Assembly (NCBI RefSeq): GCF_006345805.1
Contig: NC_043002.1
Span: 23,188,001-23,252,000 of the forward strand
Source of the DNA: Octopus sinensis
Taxonomy: Eukaryota
Length of the DNA: 64,000 nucleotides
Reading direction: 5' to 3'
Of the stretch, positions 38,061-53,583 are shown in pieces. Position 1 is the stretch's first letter. The number at the start of each line of letters is the position of its first letter. A program made the translations under genes and the position numbers. The notes below the pieces were generated by a model, which was not told the DNA's origin, ran no database searches, and worked only from the letters and a program-made list of their open reading frames with translations.

Positions 38061-40886
38061 CCTCTGACTTAGATCATTAGTAGAAGAATAGAATAAACTT
38101 TTAAATACAAGATACGTATTCTGCAAGAAGAGAATGTTTGCATGGAGAACAGTAAGAAATGCTGCAACAAATTTCAGTAAGAAACATAACCACAAATTCC
38201 AATAAAATTGCTGACGTAGATTTATAAATTCAAAATGAGACAAAGTTAGGTTTATCTGTAGTTGAGTGGCGAGGTAAAACTCCAAATTCAGCAGAGGAAA
38301 TCAAATTATGCGAGCATAAATAATCCAAAATTTTATCATTGACTAAACGCTCCAACAGTTTAACAACGCATGAATTGAGAGCGGTCTAAAGCTATCAGAA
38401 TCAAATTTACTACCTTTAATTTTGTCGATTGGTGCAACAGCGACAGACTTTCAGTCTGTAGAAGACATACCTTTATTAATTGATTGATGGAAGAGCTAAA
38501 ACAAAGGTGTGGAGAAAGAGAGAACTACAGCAACCACGTAGAACAGAGTTCTGAATTTCGTCTGGCCCGGTGGATTTAATGGAATCTAGCGAGCATAATA
38601 AAGTTACCTCGGCATTCTGAAGTTTGTAAGTCCTGGAAATGACGCAGATTTGTTGTTACCGGCCTTGAAAGCAAAATACTCATTAAATAGATTATTCTTG
38701 GTGTGTGGAATTGTGGTGATAATATTATGAAATAACTGCAGAATCTTAACAGTAACTTTCTCACCAACGTACAGATATTTAGATAAGTTGCGCCAATTTT
38801 TAGAAATTATTTTATTCTGTCAAATCCGTTGTGCTGCCAATAAAAAAAAAATGAATAGATTTACCAAGTTTAATCTAATCATGAAGCTGTTTGCTCGTTT
38901 TGGCAAAGGCGGAATAGAAACTATCCAAGTTATCAGAAATATATACTGTCTCTCACTTCTCGCCCCTTTGTCAGTTTTCAGTTTGGTAAAAAAAAAAATA
39001 TCTATAATTCCAAACTGATTTCACTTATTGACTAGGAATGACATCTGGGCATATCAAAATAAATTGTTTTGAACTTACTCCAATTTGAAATGCGCATTTT
39101 CAACAGAACCAAATATATTCTATTCAATATAGAAGAGCGAACCCTTTATAGCAATCCAATCATTGACTTTTAAGAATTTTGTGTCAGAAGACAAGTCAGT
39201 AATTGAATTGTATTGTGTAGATAAGCTAAAAATAATTACAGTATGATCAGAGGTACCGATTGGAGGATCAGCAAACACCAGCAAAATATAGTCAGCTGTG
39301 TTAGCGATAACAAAATCGAGCGATGAACTTGTCTTGCAACATGACTCTGTTGGAAGAGTTGTAATTTATGTTAGATCGTTATCATTTAGAGATTCATTCA
39401 TTTGAGTCCCAGCTGAATTGGCGATGTTACAAAATAACCACGAGGGAAAACAAGCATCAAAAGGATCTAACAGCATCAGGGTTCGATTCAAAAGTATATG
39501 AAAGGAAATTTTCATACTATATCTAACTTAGAATTTGAAAGCTAATAATGAGAATACTAAGTAAAATTTGAAGTTATTGCAGTCAGAAAGGAAGCAACTA
39601 ATTTCAAGAGCAAAATTACGTTTAATGTTGAGACAGAGTTTAGTAAACGATCGAATCTCTTCAAGATTACTACGGTCTTTGCGAAATATAGAAAATCAAA
39701 TCCAGTCATTGAAACGGAAGAGACCGGTATAGAATAAGTAAGAAGTTGATACAGAAAGATAACTTGGAAGATAGATTATGTCAGAATACATAATTGAAAC
39801 TCATCAAACTGGCTAATTGGTTTGTGCTAATTAAATCAATGTTGGTTACTGAATTAATCTGAATTTCTGCAATTAAGATTTTTCTAATAAGACACCCTGT
39901 GAAGGTTGCTCGGTAAGCGCAATTGGTGATATGACATTTTGTTCCTTTGATAAGTCCTATGTGGTCGGTGATTTTTCTGAGCAGAGCGGAAAACTAACGC
40001 CATGATTGTAGCGCTGACAACGATAACATTGGCCAGCGTGGGTAGCCAACTAGGATTTTGCATGTCAACACATTTAATACGATATGTACCTAAAGTAAAC
40101 GGAATCCGGGAATCTTTTAATTCGAGTTAAAACATTCTGGATCCGGGAAGTGAAACCAAAGGAAGCAAGCATTTCTCCGATTTCAGTCTCTTGAGGATCC
40201 AGTTAACACTTCAGCCTTAACAGTTTCAATTTGCTTTCTGCTTGCCAATTCGTGAGTGACAGAATAATCTAATATTTTGTAGAGCAGTATTGAGCATATG
40301 ACATATAGTTACATCCTGACCAAAAACATTGGCCAGTATGGCTTACAATAAGAAGCAGCACGAGAATAGTTTCTGAAATGCTGTGCTGAGCGATTACTAA
40401 ATAAGAGAACTTATTTGTGAGCATTCATAGCAATAGCTGACATCACGTTATCTGGAGAAACCGTGATTGCTTCTACATTTGATTTGATATGCCTCACAAC
40501 CTTGGCAATTTTGAAGGTAGAGTGTAGGGCAATCAGAGACTGGGAGTTATATTGTATATTTCAATAAATCTCCTGAGAAAAGACTGAGATTGTGACTTGT
40601 TATACGTGGAAAGCAGTAATGGAAAATAAACAAACCTCAGTTCAAATATATCTGCAACACTTCAACTTGCATAGGCTATTACACTGCAGTTTACAGCGTA
40701 GAAAACATTCTCGCTCTTGGTGTAAGAATACCCTTGTCAGTTTAAAGCGCCATCTTTGGACTAATAGATGCATTTCGAGCTTACTGAAACAAGCTAAAAG
40801 TGTATCTTTCAGTCCACAGAGGGCGCTTTAAATTGACAATGCTGTTCTTATGCCTTTTTATCTATCGAGACAAAGGAGCAAAAAAC

Positions 40887-40981
<95 letters not shown>

Positions 40982-41919
40982 GTTAAAGGCTACAAATCTA
41001 CATTTGTTAGTCTCCTATGAGAAGGTATGCATTGATTTTCTAGAAATCACATGACTGTGATTTCTAGTAGGTACATCCGGTATCAGTTCCTTGTCTGGCT
41101 TATACTTATACTGTTAACCTCCTGATGGTGTGCTGTCTGAAACATACGAACTTCTTCAATACACACCTGAAAATTAATAATTGAACATTAAGTAGTTCAA
41201 TCAAATAATTAAGCAACAGCTGTTGTATAACCACTAAACTTTGCTAAAATTATGACAAAATACTCTTGGTGTTTTTATGAAACTTACAAGGAGCAACACT
41301 TTAGCTCTCTTATGCCAACCAACATATGCGGTATAAAGAAGGCTTCATGCGTTTGTATTTGTATATGTATGTGTGAATGTGTGTGTGACACAGAGAGCGA
41401 ATGAGAAAGAGAGAGAGAGGGAGCGTGTGTGTGTATGTGTTTGTGTGTGTTGTATGTGTATGTGTGAGGTGTGCATGTGCGCGCGTGGGTGGGGGTAAAT
41501 TACATTAGATAGACTGTCGTTCAATACTTAACGTAGCGACGACAACCAGAAAACAGGTGTGTTTATAGAGTGTATGTATGTATATGTGTATATGTATGTG
41601 TGTAGATATGTGTGTATGCGTGGGATTGCTCACGTCTGTAAATGCGTTTTGTATGTGTGCGAAGAAGCTCACGTGTATATGTGTTGGTGGTTGCGGGTCT
41701 ATGTGTGCGTGTGTGTATGTATGTTTGTTGCACATGTGTGTGTTATGTGTTTGTGCGTGTGAATGGGCATGTGTGTTCGTGTGTGCTTGTGTGCGCGCGT
41801 GTGTCTATTCACTTCTATGAATGACTACCTCTATGTGTGCGTGGGAGTTCACATAGGTGTGTACACATGTGCGTGTGCATGCCACCATCTGTGCAAACAG
41901 TGCAAATGGGCATTAGCAC

Positions 41920-42601
41920 CAGCGGTGGCTCGTAGATAAAATTAGTGGGGGTGCTACTTCAGAAAATTTTTAGCCGTTGTTTTAATATTGTGCAAAAGGA
42001 AACAAACATGTAAAAAAAAATTATATATAAACTTGATCGGTTTGGGTAGAGCGTTTAATTTGTTCAATGAACACCGCCGCGAATTCCTCCATGTTTTTCA
42101 AAAATCCCCCTAAATCACAAAATAAGAGAAAAACTGTCCTATTTTTCGAAACCTGGCAGCCACACTGTAGCTGGAAGCAGGATAATAATCTAATTCTACA
42201 CTTTATCACATTCAAGAATATAAACACATTTTTAAGCACAAAACACGCAGAGTCAAAAAGAAACACTGCCTTTCACCAGCACACCAGGGTCGGCACTGCG
42301 TGAACCACAGTGCTCTCTCTCCTTAGCGTGCAGCTTCCTATCTCGGACATATGAGCATGCGCACAACAGGCAAACACCGCGTCGCTGGAACTGTGGAGCG
42401 CACAGTTCTATACATGGATTTTTGTATTTTTTTCATAAACTAGGGGATGGTTACTGACATTAAGATTAAGGCTTATATAATGTACAAGTATAAAGAAAGA
42501 ATTAAAGAAAAAAGGGCTCGTTATATTGAACGTTATCGATAATATCGAATGGAAATAGGGGGTGCTGCAGTTCCGCAGTGCCTATACACGAGCCGCCACT
42601 G
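41920..42601. mobile_element. hAT-like MITE
   Basis: Ends CAGCGGTGGCTCGT ... ACGAGCCGCCACTG. Decayed 8-bp TSD ATTAGCAC/ATTAACAT. Confidence 0.7.
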
Positions 42602-43841
42602 ATTAACATTGACGCATGTGTTTTTGTGTGCACGCTTGCCTGTGTATTTATTTATGAGTATATGTATACGTGTGCGAGTGTGCACATCCCAGTCTGTGTG
42701 TATCTATGTATGCGTGGATATGTGCAAGATACATACACTTCTGTGTATCTGCGTATGTGTTTGTATGCGTGTGCACTGACATCCGTATCAAAGTCTGTAT
42801 GTATGTGTTTGTTGTTGCTGTTGTTGTTGTTGTTGTTGTTAAACTCAAAGAATACCGTGATCAGGTAGTTCTACGGTCAGAGACATTCCTTCCATGACCA
42901 TCCTATCTGCTTTGAACTATAGTGCTTCAAGGATTACTGTATGTTCACAGACGCAGCTATTTTTATGTAAGGGATTATTGGGGGAAATTTGGCTGCTATT
43001 TCTAGCAAACTGAGTGACTATGTAGATGCATCTTCGTTGCGACAGGAATGGGTTGCGTGTGTGTGTGTATGTGTGTATGTATATGTGTATGCATCTATGT
43101 GCACGCGTGTGTGCGTGAGTGCTGCTTATGGTGTTAACCATGTCATTACTCGTAAAGTAATTTTGCGATTTGCTCATCGATAATCGATAACACACATGCG
43201 TAATCGCGTAAATATGGTTGTTGTTGTTGTTGTTGTTACTGCTGTTGTTGTTGTTGTTATTGCTGTTATCGTCGTTGATACTGTCATTGTTCTTTAGTCC
43301 TTGGTCAACCCTACACTGAGCAGAACAATGATGAAAGGCGTTCCTATCATGACCGTCCCGTCTGTCTTTTGTTTTGTTTTGTTTTTTTTTACATTGCAAG
43401 TTTAAGACTACAATAGTAAAATACCTGCGCCATCCTTTTCAATAACGATATAGTGTTGTTTTAGTAGATTTGGCTGCTATTTCTCATAGGTCACGATTTG
43501 AGCCAATGACCCAGAAACTCTTTCGCACACACCTTTTGTTATTTGCTGCCATGACTACTACTCCGTTGCTGCTGCTGATGATGCTGCTGATGCTGCTGAT
43601 GCTGCTGCACTGCTGCACTGCTGCTGCTGCTGCTGCTGAGAGTATCCAGGTGGTTACTTGATCCGCTAGAAATAACAATGAAGTTTCTTCCATTCCTCCA
43701 ACTACACACTACCGCTTTTAAAAAGAACACGGATAAAGCAGTCCTGGCTTCCCGGCATATTGAGAAAAAAAAACAAGACAGGGTGGTCACAGCGGGAATA
43801 AATTTCGTCATAGGTCTACTCGATTGGGACTGACCTGGAGT

Positions 43842-43897
<56 letters not shown>

Positions 43898-44020
43898 AAC
43901 AACAACAATAACTAATCCACTTTTACTTATGTTTACGGGTTTAGCAGCTGGAGAGACATTCTGTAGGGAACAATTCTCCTTTCACACACATGCGCGCGCA
44001 CTCACACACACACACACACA

Positions 44021-44078
<58 letters not shown>

Positions 44079-45533
44079 ACATACACACAGTTCCTTGCTT
44101 CGTATTGATTGTGTTTTTCTGTGTTTGTGTTACATATTTATATAATACTTTGCTGCAGTGTATCGTAAATCTTTTTCCCAAGCCATTCATTCTTGCTGGG
44201 AAAGCGATTTTCTGTTGTAGAACCGTTTATTACTTCATCTTCGATTATAATTCCATTCGCAATGCATTACAGGGTTGCAAACCAACCTATGTTCTTAACT
44301 GCTACTTTATTTTATCGATCTCCAAAATTATGAAATGAAATGCAATTGTGATATTTTTATTATTTATTTGATGTTTTAATAAGGAGTGAAGGCATTGCTT
44401 ATGGCCCTTTGCAAGGCTTCCCAGAATCGAGGGAGAGAGAGAGAGAGAGAGGGAGGGAGGGCGAAGGTATCGTCAAAGCGAAGACTTTGCCAGAATGCTT
44501 ACAACTGAGAGGCTTCCGTTAAAGCTGCCTAATGTATTAAGTGGAGGTGTTAAACCTGGCAATGGATTAAATTTATAATCCAAAATGTAAGTCGAATGTG
44601 CCATGGGGGGGAGAGGTTGAACTCAGTGTGCAAAGAGCCGGACCAAATACTGAAAGGCATCCAATTCGACATTCTTACTCTTGTACCAATCCACTGACGT
44701 AGACTGGTACTGGTTTTTATTGATTTTGAGAGGAAGAAAAACAAAGTTGACCTCGGTGGTATTTGAACACAGATTGACAAGTGTTGGAACAAATACTTTG
44801 AAATATCCTATCCGGCGTTCTAATGACTTTTGTTGATTCTAGACCGCCACGAGATTTGAACTCAGGGTGTAGCTGTTGTGGTTTGGATGGTTGGAACAGC
44901 TGACGTCTCAATCTTGCTATGTCTTTGTTATATGACATGACTGAGGAGTTACAAAGGTTTTGTAGGAAATATAACATTAAAATATGGAAGCTTTTTGAAA
45001 CGTTCTCACTGGAGTTGTCATTAGATTAACACTTGTAAAAGGGAGTTGGACGTAAGAAAGAATTGAATTGTATGTGTAACACGCATATGTCGAAGATCTT
45101 ACAAAGCAGAGACATGACGGTTCTTAAAAACCATAAAAGAAAACTGTAGAAATTCTGTGATCAAAAGAGAAACAGCAAAGTTGGGAATAACTGAATATGT
45201 ATAACTGAATATGTATTGTGAGAATGGAAATTATACATCACTATGGAATGAAGATTCCATTATTGAAGGTGACGTAAGGTAATAACAGATCAAAAGAATC
45301 GACACCGAAGCAAGCAACGGAAGGACTTCAGTACAGATGCTCAATGCTAAAAGTCGCAGCCAAATTTACCTCGAATTACCCTCAAATCCCATAATACCGT
45401 CTTAAAAATGGAGGAAAAGCATAAATGAGAAAAACAATACAAATATAGTATTCTAATCACCAGAATATGAAGAAGTCAAAGGTGGCAATGTACAATGCCT
45501 AATATTTTGTCTCCCACCCTCCCCACTCTCTCA

Positions 45534-45583
<50 letters not shown>

Positions 45584-45603
45584 CACACATATGTGTGTGT
45601 AAA

Positions 45604-46001
45604 TCTTTATATATAAAAGTAAAGTTGTGTGTTGTCTGTCTCCTACGATTTAGATTCCTAACTACTCCCACATTTTGCGGAGCGATTTAACAAAAACCGG
45701 TTATCTTATAGTCGTGATTCATATCGAGCCCTTCTGGGTATTAGCGCACGTCTGCGATGAGTTTACGATTTAAAAAAAAATTTACCATCAATTTTTCCCA
45801 TTTTTAATGCATTTTTGGCATATATAAGGGAAGTAACTTTCTAAAAGTTTATTATTAAATCTCAGAACGTAAAAAGCTACAGTAACACCCCCCCCCCTTT
45901 GTGGTTAACATATTGAGATGGCTATTATACTTTACATCTCTAAAAATGCTTATATAGTTATTTCCCTTACAAACCTGAGCAACGCCGGGCGATACTGCTG
46001 G
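45604..46001 (+). mobile_element. Non-autonomous Helitron-like element
   Basis: A|TCTTTATATATAAAAG 5' end. 3' GAGCAACGCCGGGCG hairpin region then CTGG|T (CTRR) at an A/T junction. Confidence 0.7.
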
Positions 46002-46117
46002 TATATATATATTCCCTTTCATTCTCTTATTTCCCTCTATATTCCCTATCTCCTCCTTGTCCATAATAATTCCTTATTTCGAACTCAAATATTTACCTCT
46101 ACCTAACCATCGCACAT

Positions 46118-46166
46118 CGACTCTGATGAAGAGATATCCATAATGTCCCAGAAACAGCGCTAAAAC
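46118..46166 (+). ncRNA. Degenerate type I hammerhead-like motif
   Basis: CUGAUGA-A-GAGAUAU-CCAUA-AUGUCCC-A-GAAA-CAGCGC-UA. Stems I and III are mismatched. Confidence 0.35.
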
Positions 46167-46437
46167 TATATTTATATCTTTTTGGTTATGAATGTCCTGA
46201 AAACTCCTCACAGCCTTGGCATAGTTATCTCATTTTGTCTAAGATATATATATGTGTATATGTGTGTGTGTATGTATATATAAATTTTTATATATACACA
46301 TGCTGATATATGACCTACGTTGGACTCCTTATTTGCATAATCACCGAACCTGGAGCTTAACTATGGTCTACCCATAGCACTTACTCAGTATTACCTGACA
46401 CCTTTGGGTCTTACTGACACCATTACCTCTCATAACC

Positions 46438-46492
<55 letters not shown>

Positions 46493-46551
46493 ATATATAT
46501 ATATTCACACACATATACACATATATATGTAAGTATACGTGTGTGTGTGTG

Positions 46552-46638
<87 letters not shown>

Positions 46639-47227
46639 TGTGTGTGTGTGGTGTGTGTGTGTGTGTTTGACGTATTGGAAAAGTACGAGATTGTCAAGAT
46701 CGCGGAAGCATCGCTATTCAGGGCTGATCAAAGATAAAATAACAACAATGATAACCACAACAAATTGAAAATAAATTCAGATGCAACACAAACTGTACAT
46801 ATTCCATGCCGAGCAACTGTCTTTCACATCTACGAAAGCAAAAAAAAACACTATTTGGGGAGTGGGTAGCTAGACATGTTCAACAGATGATATTTGTGTT
46901 TCACATTGAATTAAAGAAATACATAGCTAAACAAAACAAAAGAAAAAGTAGTCACACATCTTACAGATTCCTATTGAAATAAATATGGTGGTTGTTTATC
47001 TAATTCGACTTGCAGCGCTAGTCAAGATGGTGCCAGAAAACAATGACATTGGTTAAACGAAGGATCAGGATTCCTTTCTAAATCAGCATTTCTGTAGAAA
47101 AAAGAAAAAGAAACCAAAATACAAAAAGAGACTTTTTGAACAGCTTCATTAATCGTTTTGCCTACAGCATTTTCAAACAAGCAGGGCAACCAAGAAATGT
47201 GTGTATGTGCGTATATATATAATATAT

Positions 47228-47258
<31 letters not shown>

Positions 47259-47302
47259 TATATATAATATATATATATATATATATACACATATATATAT
47301 AT

Positions 47303-47383
<81 letters not shown>

Positions 47384-47932
47384 GTGTATGTATGTATGTA
47401 GTGTGTATATAAGTATGCATGTGGGCATTATTTTGCATGTATATTTCTATGGGATATGTGTGTGTGAGAAAGAGAGAGAGAGAGATGAGAGTAAAAACAG
47501 TTTAGAATTGTTTATTGATGCTTTCGATTCATAATTTAATTGGATATTTATTCATATATGTATACACATAATAACTATCAGAGGTTTATCTTTATCTGCA
47601 TACACACCATATACCCGCACACACACATGCACACATACACACAAATACGCGTGCGCACGTTCGTACTCACTCGCAAGGAAACAAACACGTAAACACACAC
47701 TTACTGTCACACACACACACACGCACACACAGAAACACACACACACACATGTATACATATATACATAAACACACATACACAACACGCACTCACACGCACA
47801 GATATACATATGCACACACACTTACACACATACACACACTAACACACACACGTATAGATACACAAAGAAACATACACATAGATCCGTATAAACATACATA
47901 CAGACACGAACACACAAACATTTATACACGCT

Positions 47933-47968
<36 letters not shown>

Positions 47969-48517
47969 TTCACACACACACACATACACCAATGTTTGTA
48001 TGCGTGGATATATGTTTTCAGATATATATCACACTATATTGATTTCAAATTTTAGCACAAGGCCAGAAATTTCAGGTGAGAGGTTAAATCGATTACATCG
48101 ACCCCAGCATTCAACTGGTACTTATTTTATCGACCCGGAAAGGATAAAAGATGTTCTAATTTGACATCAGAACGTAATGATGGACAAAATGGCGCTAAGC
48201 AATTTGTCCTGTGTAGTAACGTTTCTGACAGCTCGCTACCTTCATTATCTCAATAATAAAACACACGCACTGCTTCTATTTCTCTTTCATTATTCTTATT
48301 AGACCGTTTGCATTTAGGTAATTAGCTCATCGATCTTTTGCTTAATCGATCGGTCTATCAGTGAATCAGCTATACCGGCTTAATGTCAGCTTATAGGGAT
48401 TGTCGGCTTCGTTTGTTGTACACAGTAATGGTGAATGGAAGGAAGGAAGGAAGGAAGAATAACCTATGAATACATTATGAAAATGCTGTGAGCAGTGATT
48501 TCGTTAGCAACGCGGTG

Positions 48518-49761
48518 AACTGGCAAAGTCGTTAGAACGTCTGTAATTGTAATTGTTCCGACGTTTTACGACTTGCGTTCAAAGTTCAAATTCCTCCGGG
48601 AGTAGCTTTGCTTTTGATTCTTATGGGATGGTAATGGTCGATAGATGGAATATCGATGCAGGGCAACAGACGCGAGGAATTGTTTGAGACTTATATTTCA
48701 GTATCTGCTATGGCAATTTGCGCTCTGAAGACAAAAGCCTGCGACAACGCGTGTGGTACACTGTATCGGACATCATTAGTGTCCGGGAACATAGCGGACT
48801 GCACGCATGCGCAACCTTTAGGTTTTCACAAAAAATCTCCTCTCGAGTCTTGCTCATTCACTACCTTATAAGATATTTCGTTGTCGTCATTTATCGTGCG
48901 CTTAGCAGCGCATTGATGGCACTACAACGAAAGTCTTCCATATACAAAGTTCACCCATCGGATGAATTTATAACGTTACTTCGTTTTGACTTTCTCATAG
49001 TGTTTTCTTGGCAGATATATTGAGATGGTTTATCATTGCCTTCCTCAACTGAATAGCTGTTGGCCCACAAGGAGATCATCCGCCCTTCGATAGGTCTTGT
49101 TTTTAGTTCTGTTAGACACCCTTTTCACAAGAGTAGCAAACTACACAAACAAGGGAGCCGGTTTAGTCGGTGACCACTTTGTGATGGACGCCGGAATTCC
49201 AATGTCATGTGATTTCACCGTACAGGAAATTATCAATGGGAAGCCTTCCGGTCATTACCTGCCTGTCAAATCTCGCTGCTACGATGTTTAGAATATCAAC
49301 ATCTTTTCAGGAAAAGTGGCATGAGGGGACTTGATGCTTCCTACTGATGATTTCCAGCAGAATGAAATCACGGGATATGGGAATTCTGTTGCCAATGACA
49401 GACGATTCTCGTCTGCTAAGATTTATGTGTTTACTTTTATGCACCAACCACCGATATCAAGGGATCTCTCAAGGCTAATAACACAGTTTTCGGTTTTCTA
49501 GCATGAAATCCATGTTAAGTTGGATATAAAGATCGCCTTTTCGTATTAATGCTGATTCCGTCACTAATAATTAATTTTATATAGCTAATAATTAATAATT
49601 AATAATTAACTGGCAAAGTCGTTAGAACGTCTGTAATTGTAATTGTTCCGACGTTTTACGACTTGCGTTCAAAGTTCAAATCCCTCCGGGAGTAGCTTTG
49701 CTTTTGATTCTTATGGGATGGTAATGGTCGATAGATGGAATATCGATGCAGGGCAACAGAC
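48518..49761 (+). repeat. 154-bp near-perfect direct repeat (48518-48671 and 49608-49761) around ~940 bp of unique sequence
   Basis: AACTGGCAAAGTCGTTAGAACGTCTG...CGATGCAGGGCAACAGAC occurs twice with about one difference. Confidence 0.92.
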
Positions 49762-49835
49762 CTAAGCCTTGTGAATGGATACGGTAGACGAAAACTGAAA
49801 GAAGCCCGTCGTATATTTGTGTGTGTGTGTGTGTT

Positions 49836-49874
<39 letters not shown>

Positions 49875-50392
49875 CTTTGCGTCTGTGTTTGTCCCACACC
49901 ACTGTTTGACAACTGGTGTTGGCGTGCGTACATCCCAGTAACTTAGCGGTTCGGCAAAAGACACCAATAAAATAATTATCAGGCTTAAGGGTGGGGTGGA
50001 AATAAGTAATGGGGTCGATTTATTCGACAAAAAATTCTTCAAGGGTATGCTCCAGCATTGCCGCAATTAAACAACTGAAACAAGTAAAATATTTGTAACC
50101 AGTGTATACATACATACATATATATACATATATACAGTCAAAAATTGTGAAGCATGACTGTCAACACTACTACATGAACCCGATTGCAGAATTCAATGCA
50201 TGAAAGTACTAGTTCAATCAGAATGAATATTTAACATTCTACTATTTCATTTTATTTTATTCAATTATAATATTATCTTATAATATATCATTATAAGATT
50301 GTAAATAAAACGTGAAAATCAGACAAGGTTGGAATATTTTTATTATATATTCTTCTATACACAATCACACACACCATATATATATTCTATAC

Positions 50393-50448
<56 letters not shown>

Positions 50449-50643
50449 GTTTACTTCTTTCAGTGAGTTGATTATTTCGACTGCGAAATACCGCTAAGCG
50501 TTTCGCCCAGCGTGCTAACGATTCTGCCAGCAAGTCGCCCTGTAGAGCTCAATACATTGATAATATTAGATTGACTGGGACATCATATTTTGACTTTAAC
50601 GGTTTATTCAACCATACACACACACACACACACACACACACAT

Positions 50644-50686
<43 letters not shown>

Positions 50687-51230
50687 TACACACATGCACA
50701 CGTACAAAATGAGCCACCGTTGTTTGTTCGCGGCTTATCTGTGCGTGTGTATTTACTAAATTACGGAGACCGTGTATGTTTTTGGATAAACTGTAAATGA
50801 ATTTACAGGCGTTCATTTTTACACACCACATTATGTAACCGCTTGTTTTCATTGTTTATATATAGAATGAACGTAGTCTTGATAATTCTAATAAGCTAGC
50901 AATAAGTAGGCGAAACTAGTGGAGCTGTTCCTCAGTTTCTACTGCAAAGACAGAGATTTGTGCCCAAACCACAGAATCTGGATACACACAGGCATACTAG
51001 ATTTATGATTAATAAACGTAATTGTGTAAACTTATTTACAGTTTATAGACACACGTGCACACATACACACACACTCACACAAGCACATACACACACACAC
51101 ACACAAGCACATACACAGACACATAGACACAGCAATACGCACATGCAAACATTCACACCCGCAAAGGTTGTATAAGTAATTTAATTAATACGTGCCACAA
51201 TATATGCGCGCGCGCGTTGCGTGTGTGTGA

Positions 51231-51282
<52 letters not shown>

Positions 51283-51305
51283 TGTGTGTGGTGTGTGTGT
51301 GTGTG

Positions 51306-51338
<33 letters not shown>

Positions 51339-51546
51339 TGATTGTGCGTGTGCGCGGTCGTGTGAAAAATATTCCCTTTGAAATGTTCCATAAAAGAAAC
51401 GTCGAGATAATTTATTTATAAATTATCTATTATTTTATAAACACAAAACTTACAAATACGCAAACTCACTCATGCGCACAGACACATATAAACACTAACA
51501 CACAAACACTATATGTTTACACAGAGATATTTCATTATACATCTAC

Positions 51547-51636
<90 letters not shown>

Positions 51637-51681
51637 GTGTGTGTATGTGTGTGTGTGTATGTGTGTGTGTGTGTTAATGTA

Positions 51682-51712
<31 letters not shown>

Positions 51713-52021
51713 CAATTGTATACAATGTATTATGTATACATGTTTGTTACACGTGCATATGGATGTGTGTGTGACCATAAAAGAATAATAAAAACAATTA
51801 TACACACACATGCATACGTACATATATATATATATGCATATGTATGTATACATATACATATATATATATCATCATCATCATCATCATTTAGCGTTCGTTT
51901 TCCATATATATATATATATATACATACATATATATACACATATGTATATTTTCATATATATATATATGTGTGTATGTATTTATGTATATATATATGTATA
52001 CATATGTATATATGTGTGTAT

Positions 52022-52075
<54 letters not shown>

Positions 52076-52447
52076 GTATATTTTCATATATATATACACA
52101 CACATGTATATATACGTACATACTCATGTATACATACATACACATATATATATATATGCACACATGAATAAGTATATATGTACGTGTGTGTGTATATGAT
52201 CAACATGGATGAAAACTAAAGCAAAACAAACATAAAAACAGAAAACTGTAATATTTTATAACAAAATCCTTCCCGTTTGCATTCTTCAAAGATTTTGTTG
52301 TTTTACCAATCTATTTAACTGCAGCAATGCAGTAAACTACATATATTTGCACAGATACATGTATGTATGTAAATATATATATATACAGGTGTGTATGTAT
52401 GTATGTATGTATGTATGTATGTATGTATGTATGTATGTATGTATGTA

Positions 52448-52490
<43 letters not shown>

Positions 52491-52984
52491 CCCGTAATAA
52501 TGAAGGGTGAAATTAATTAATTTGGAATAATTATCAATTACACCAAGTAGTCTTCGGCATGTAAAAGCCTCATTCGAGGAAATTTAAGTAATACTAAGCA
52601 ATAAAGGGTTTAGCAACGAATTGCCTTACCACAATGGTTGTGGTAAGGCAATTCGTTGCTAAACCCTTTATTGCTTAGTATTACTTAAATCTTCCTCGAA
52701 TGAGGCTTTTACATGCCGAAGACTACTTGGTGTAATTGATAATGATTCCAAATTAATTAATTTCACCCTTCATTATTACGGATACCATATTTTATCTCAG
52801 TAGATGACCACAGCATCTTGTTTTGGCTACACGCGGGTGGGAAGGGGCTGGTGACACAATCTTTCCATTCACACATTGAATTTGGTGATACTAGTTGCGG
52901 ATTCTAGCTCGCTCTGATACTGAGTTGAGTTGGTGCCTTCTAGTATCTCAAAATTCAATATATAATCATTTATGATTATAGTAT

Positions 52985-53085
52985 TCTACGCTGAAGAGAA
53001 AAGAAGTTTTTGGTAAGATAGAATTATTTAATATTTAATTCTTATGCTTTCCTAAAAACTTGATTTCGAAACGTACGTCCGTAGA
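52985..53085 (+). ncRNA. Type I hammerhead ribozyme with canonical core and ~70-nt stem II; predicted cleavage after C53079
   Basis: UCUACG [I] CUGAAGA GAAA...long hairpin (AAGUUUUU/AAAAACUU, GAAUUA/UAAUUC)...UUUC GAAA CG-UA-CG UC, then CGUAGA [I']. Confidence 0.88.
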
Positions 53086-53583
53086 TAACTTAAATTGTAT
53101 GATAGATTGCCGTCAATTCATTCTCTCTTACCTGTTTGTGTCTGCCTTCCAATTGCTGTTTTTACTGAGATCTCCTTTTTAGTAGAAGAAATAGCTATAA
53201 CTCTTTGACTGCTATTTCTAAATTCGGTATGTGGTAAGGCAATTCGTTGCTAAACCCTTTATTGCTTAGTATTACTTAAATTTCCCTCGAATGAGGCTTT
53301 TACATGCCGAAGACTACTTGGTGTAATTGATAATTATTCCAAATTAATTAATTCACCCTTCATTATTACGGATAACCATATTTTATCTCAGTAGATGACC
53401 ACAGCATTTTGTTTTGGCTACACGCGGGTGGGAAGGGGCTGGTGACACAATCTTTCCATTCACACACATGAATTGGTGATACTAGTTGCGGATTCTAGCT
53501 CGCTCTGATACTGAGTTGAGTTGGTGCCTTCTAGTATCTCAAATTCATTCAAATTCATATATAATCATTTATGATTATAGTAT

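Noticed and set aside
38200-40830. Long non-repetitive stretch possibly encoding a decayed element or exons
   Set aside because: No recognisable protein motif or termini could be supported by eye.
46950-47110. Strong minus-strand splice acceptor (TTTCTTTTTCTTTTTTCTACAG) with short ORF NADLERNPDPSFNQCHCFLAPS
   Set aside because: No convincing donor or homology. Polypyrimidine-AG sites arise often in this composition.
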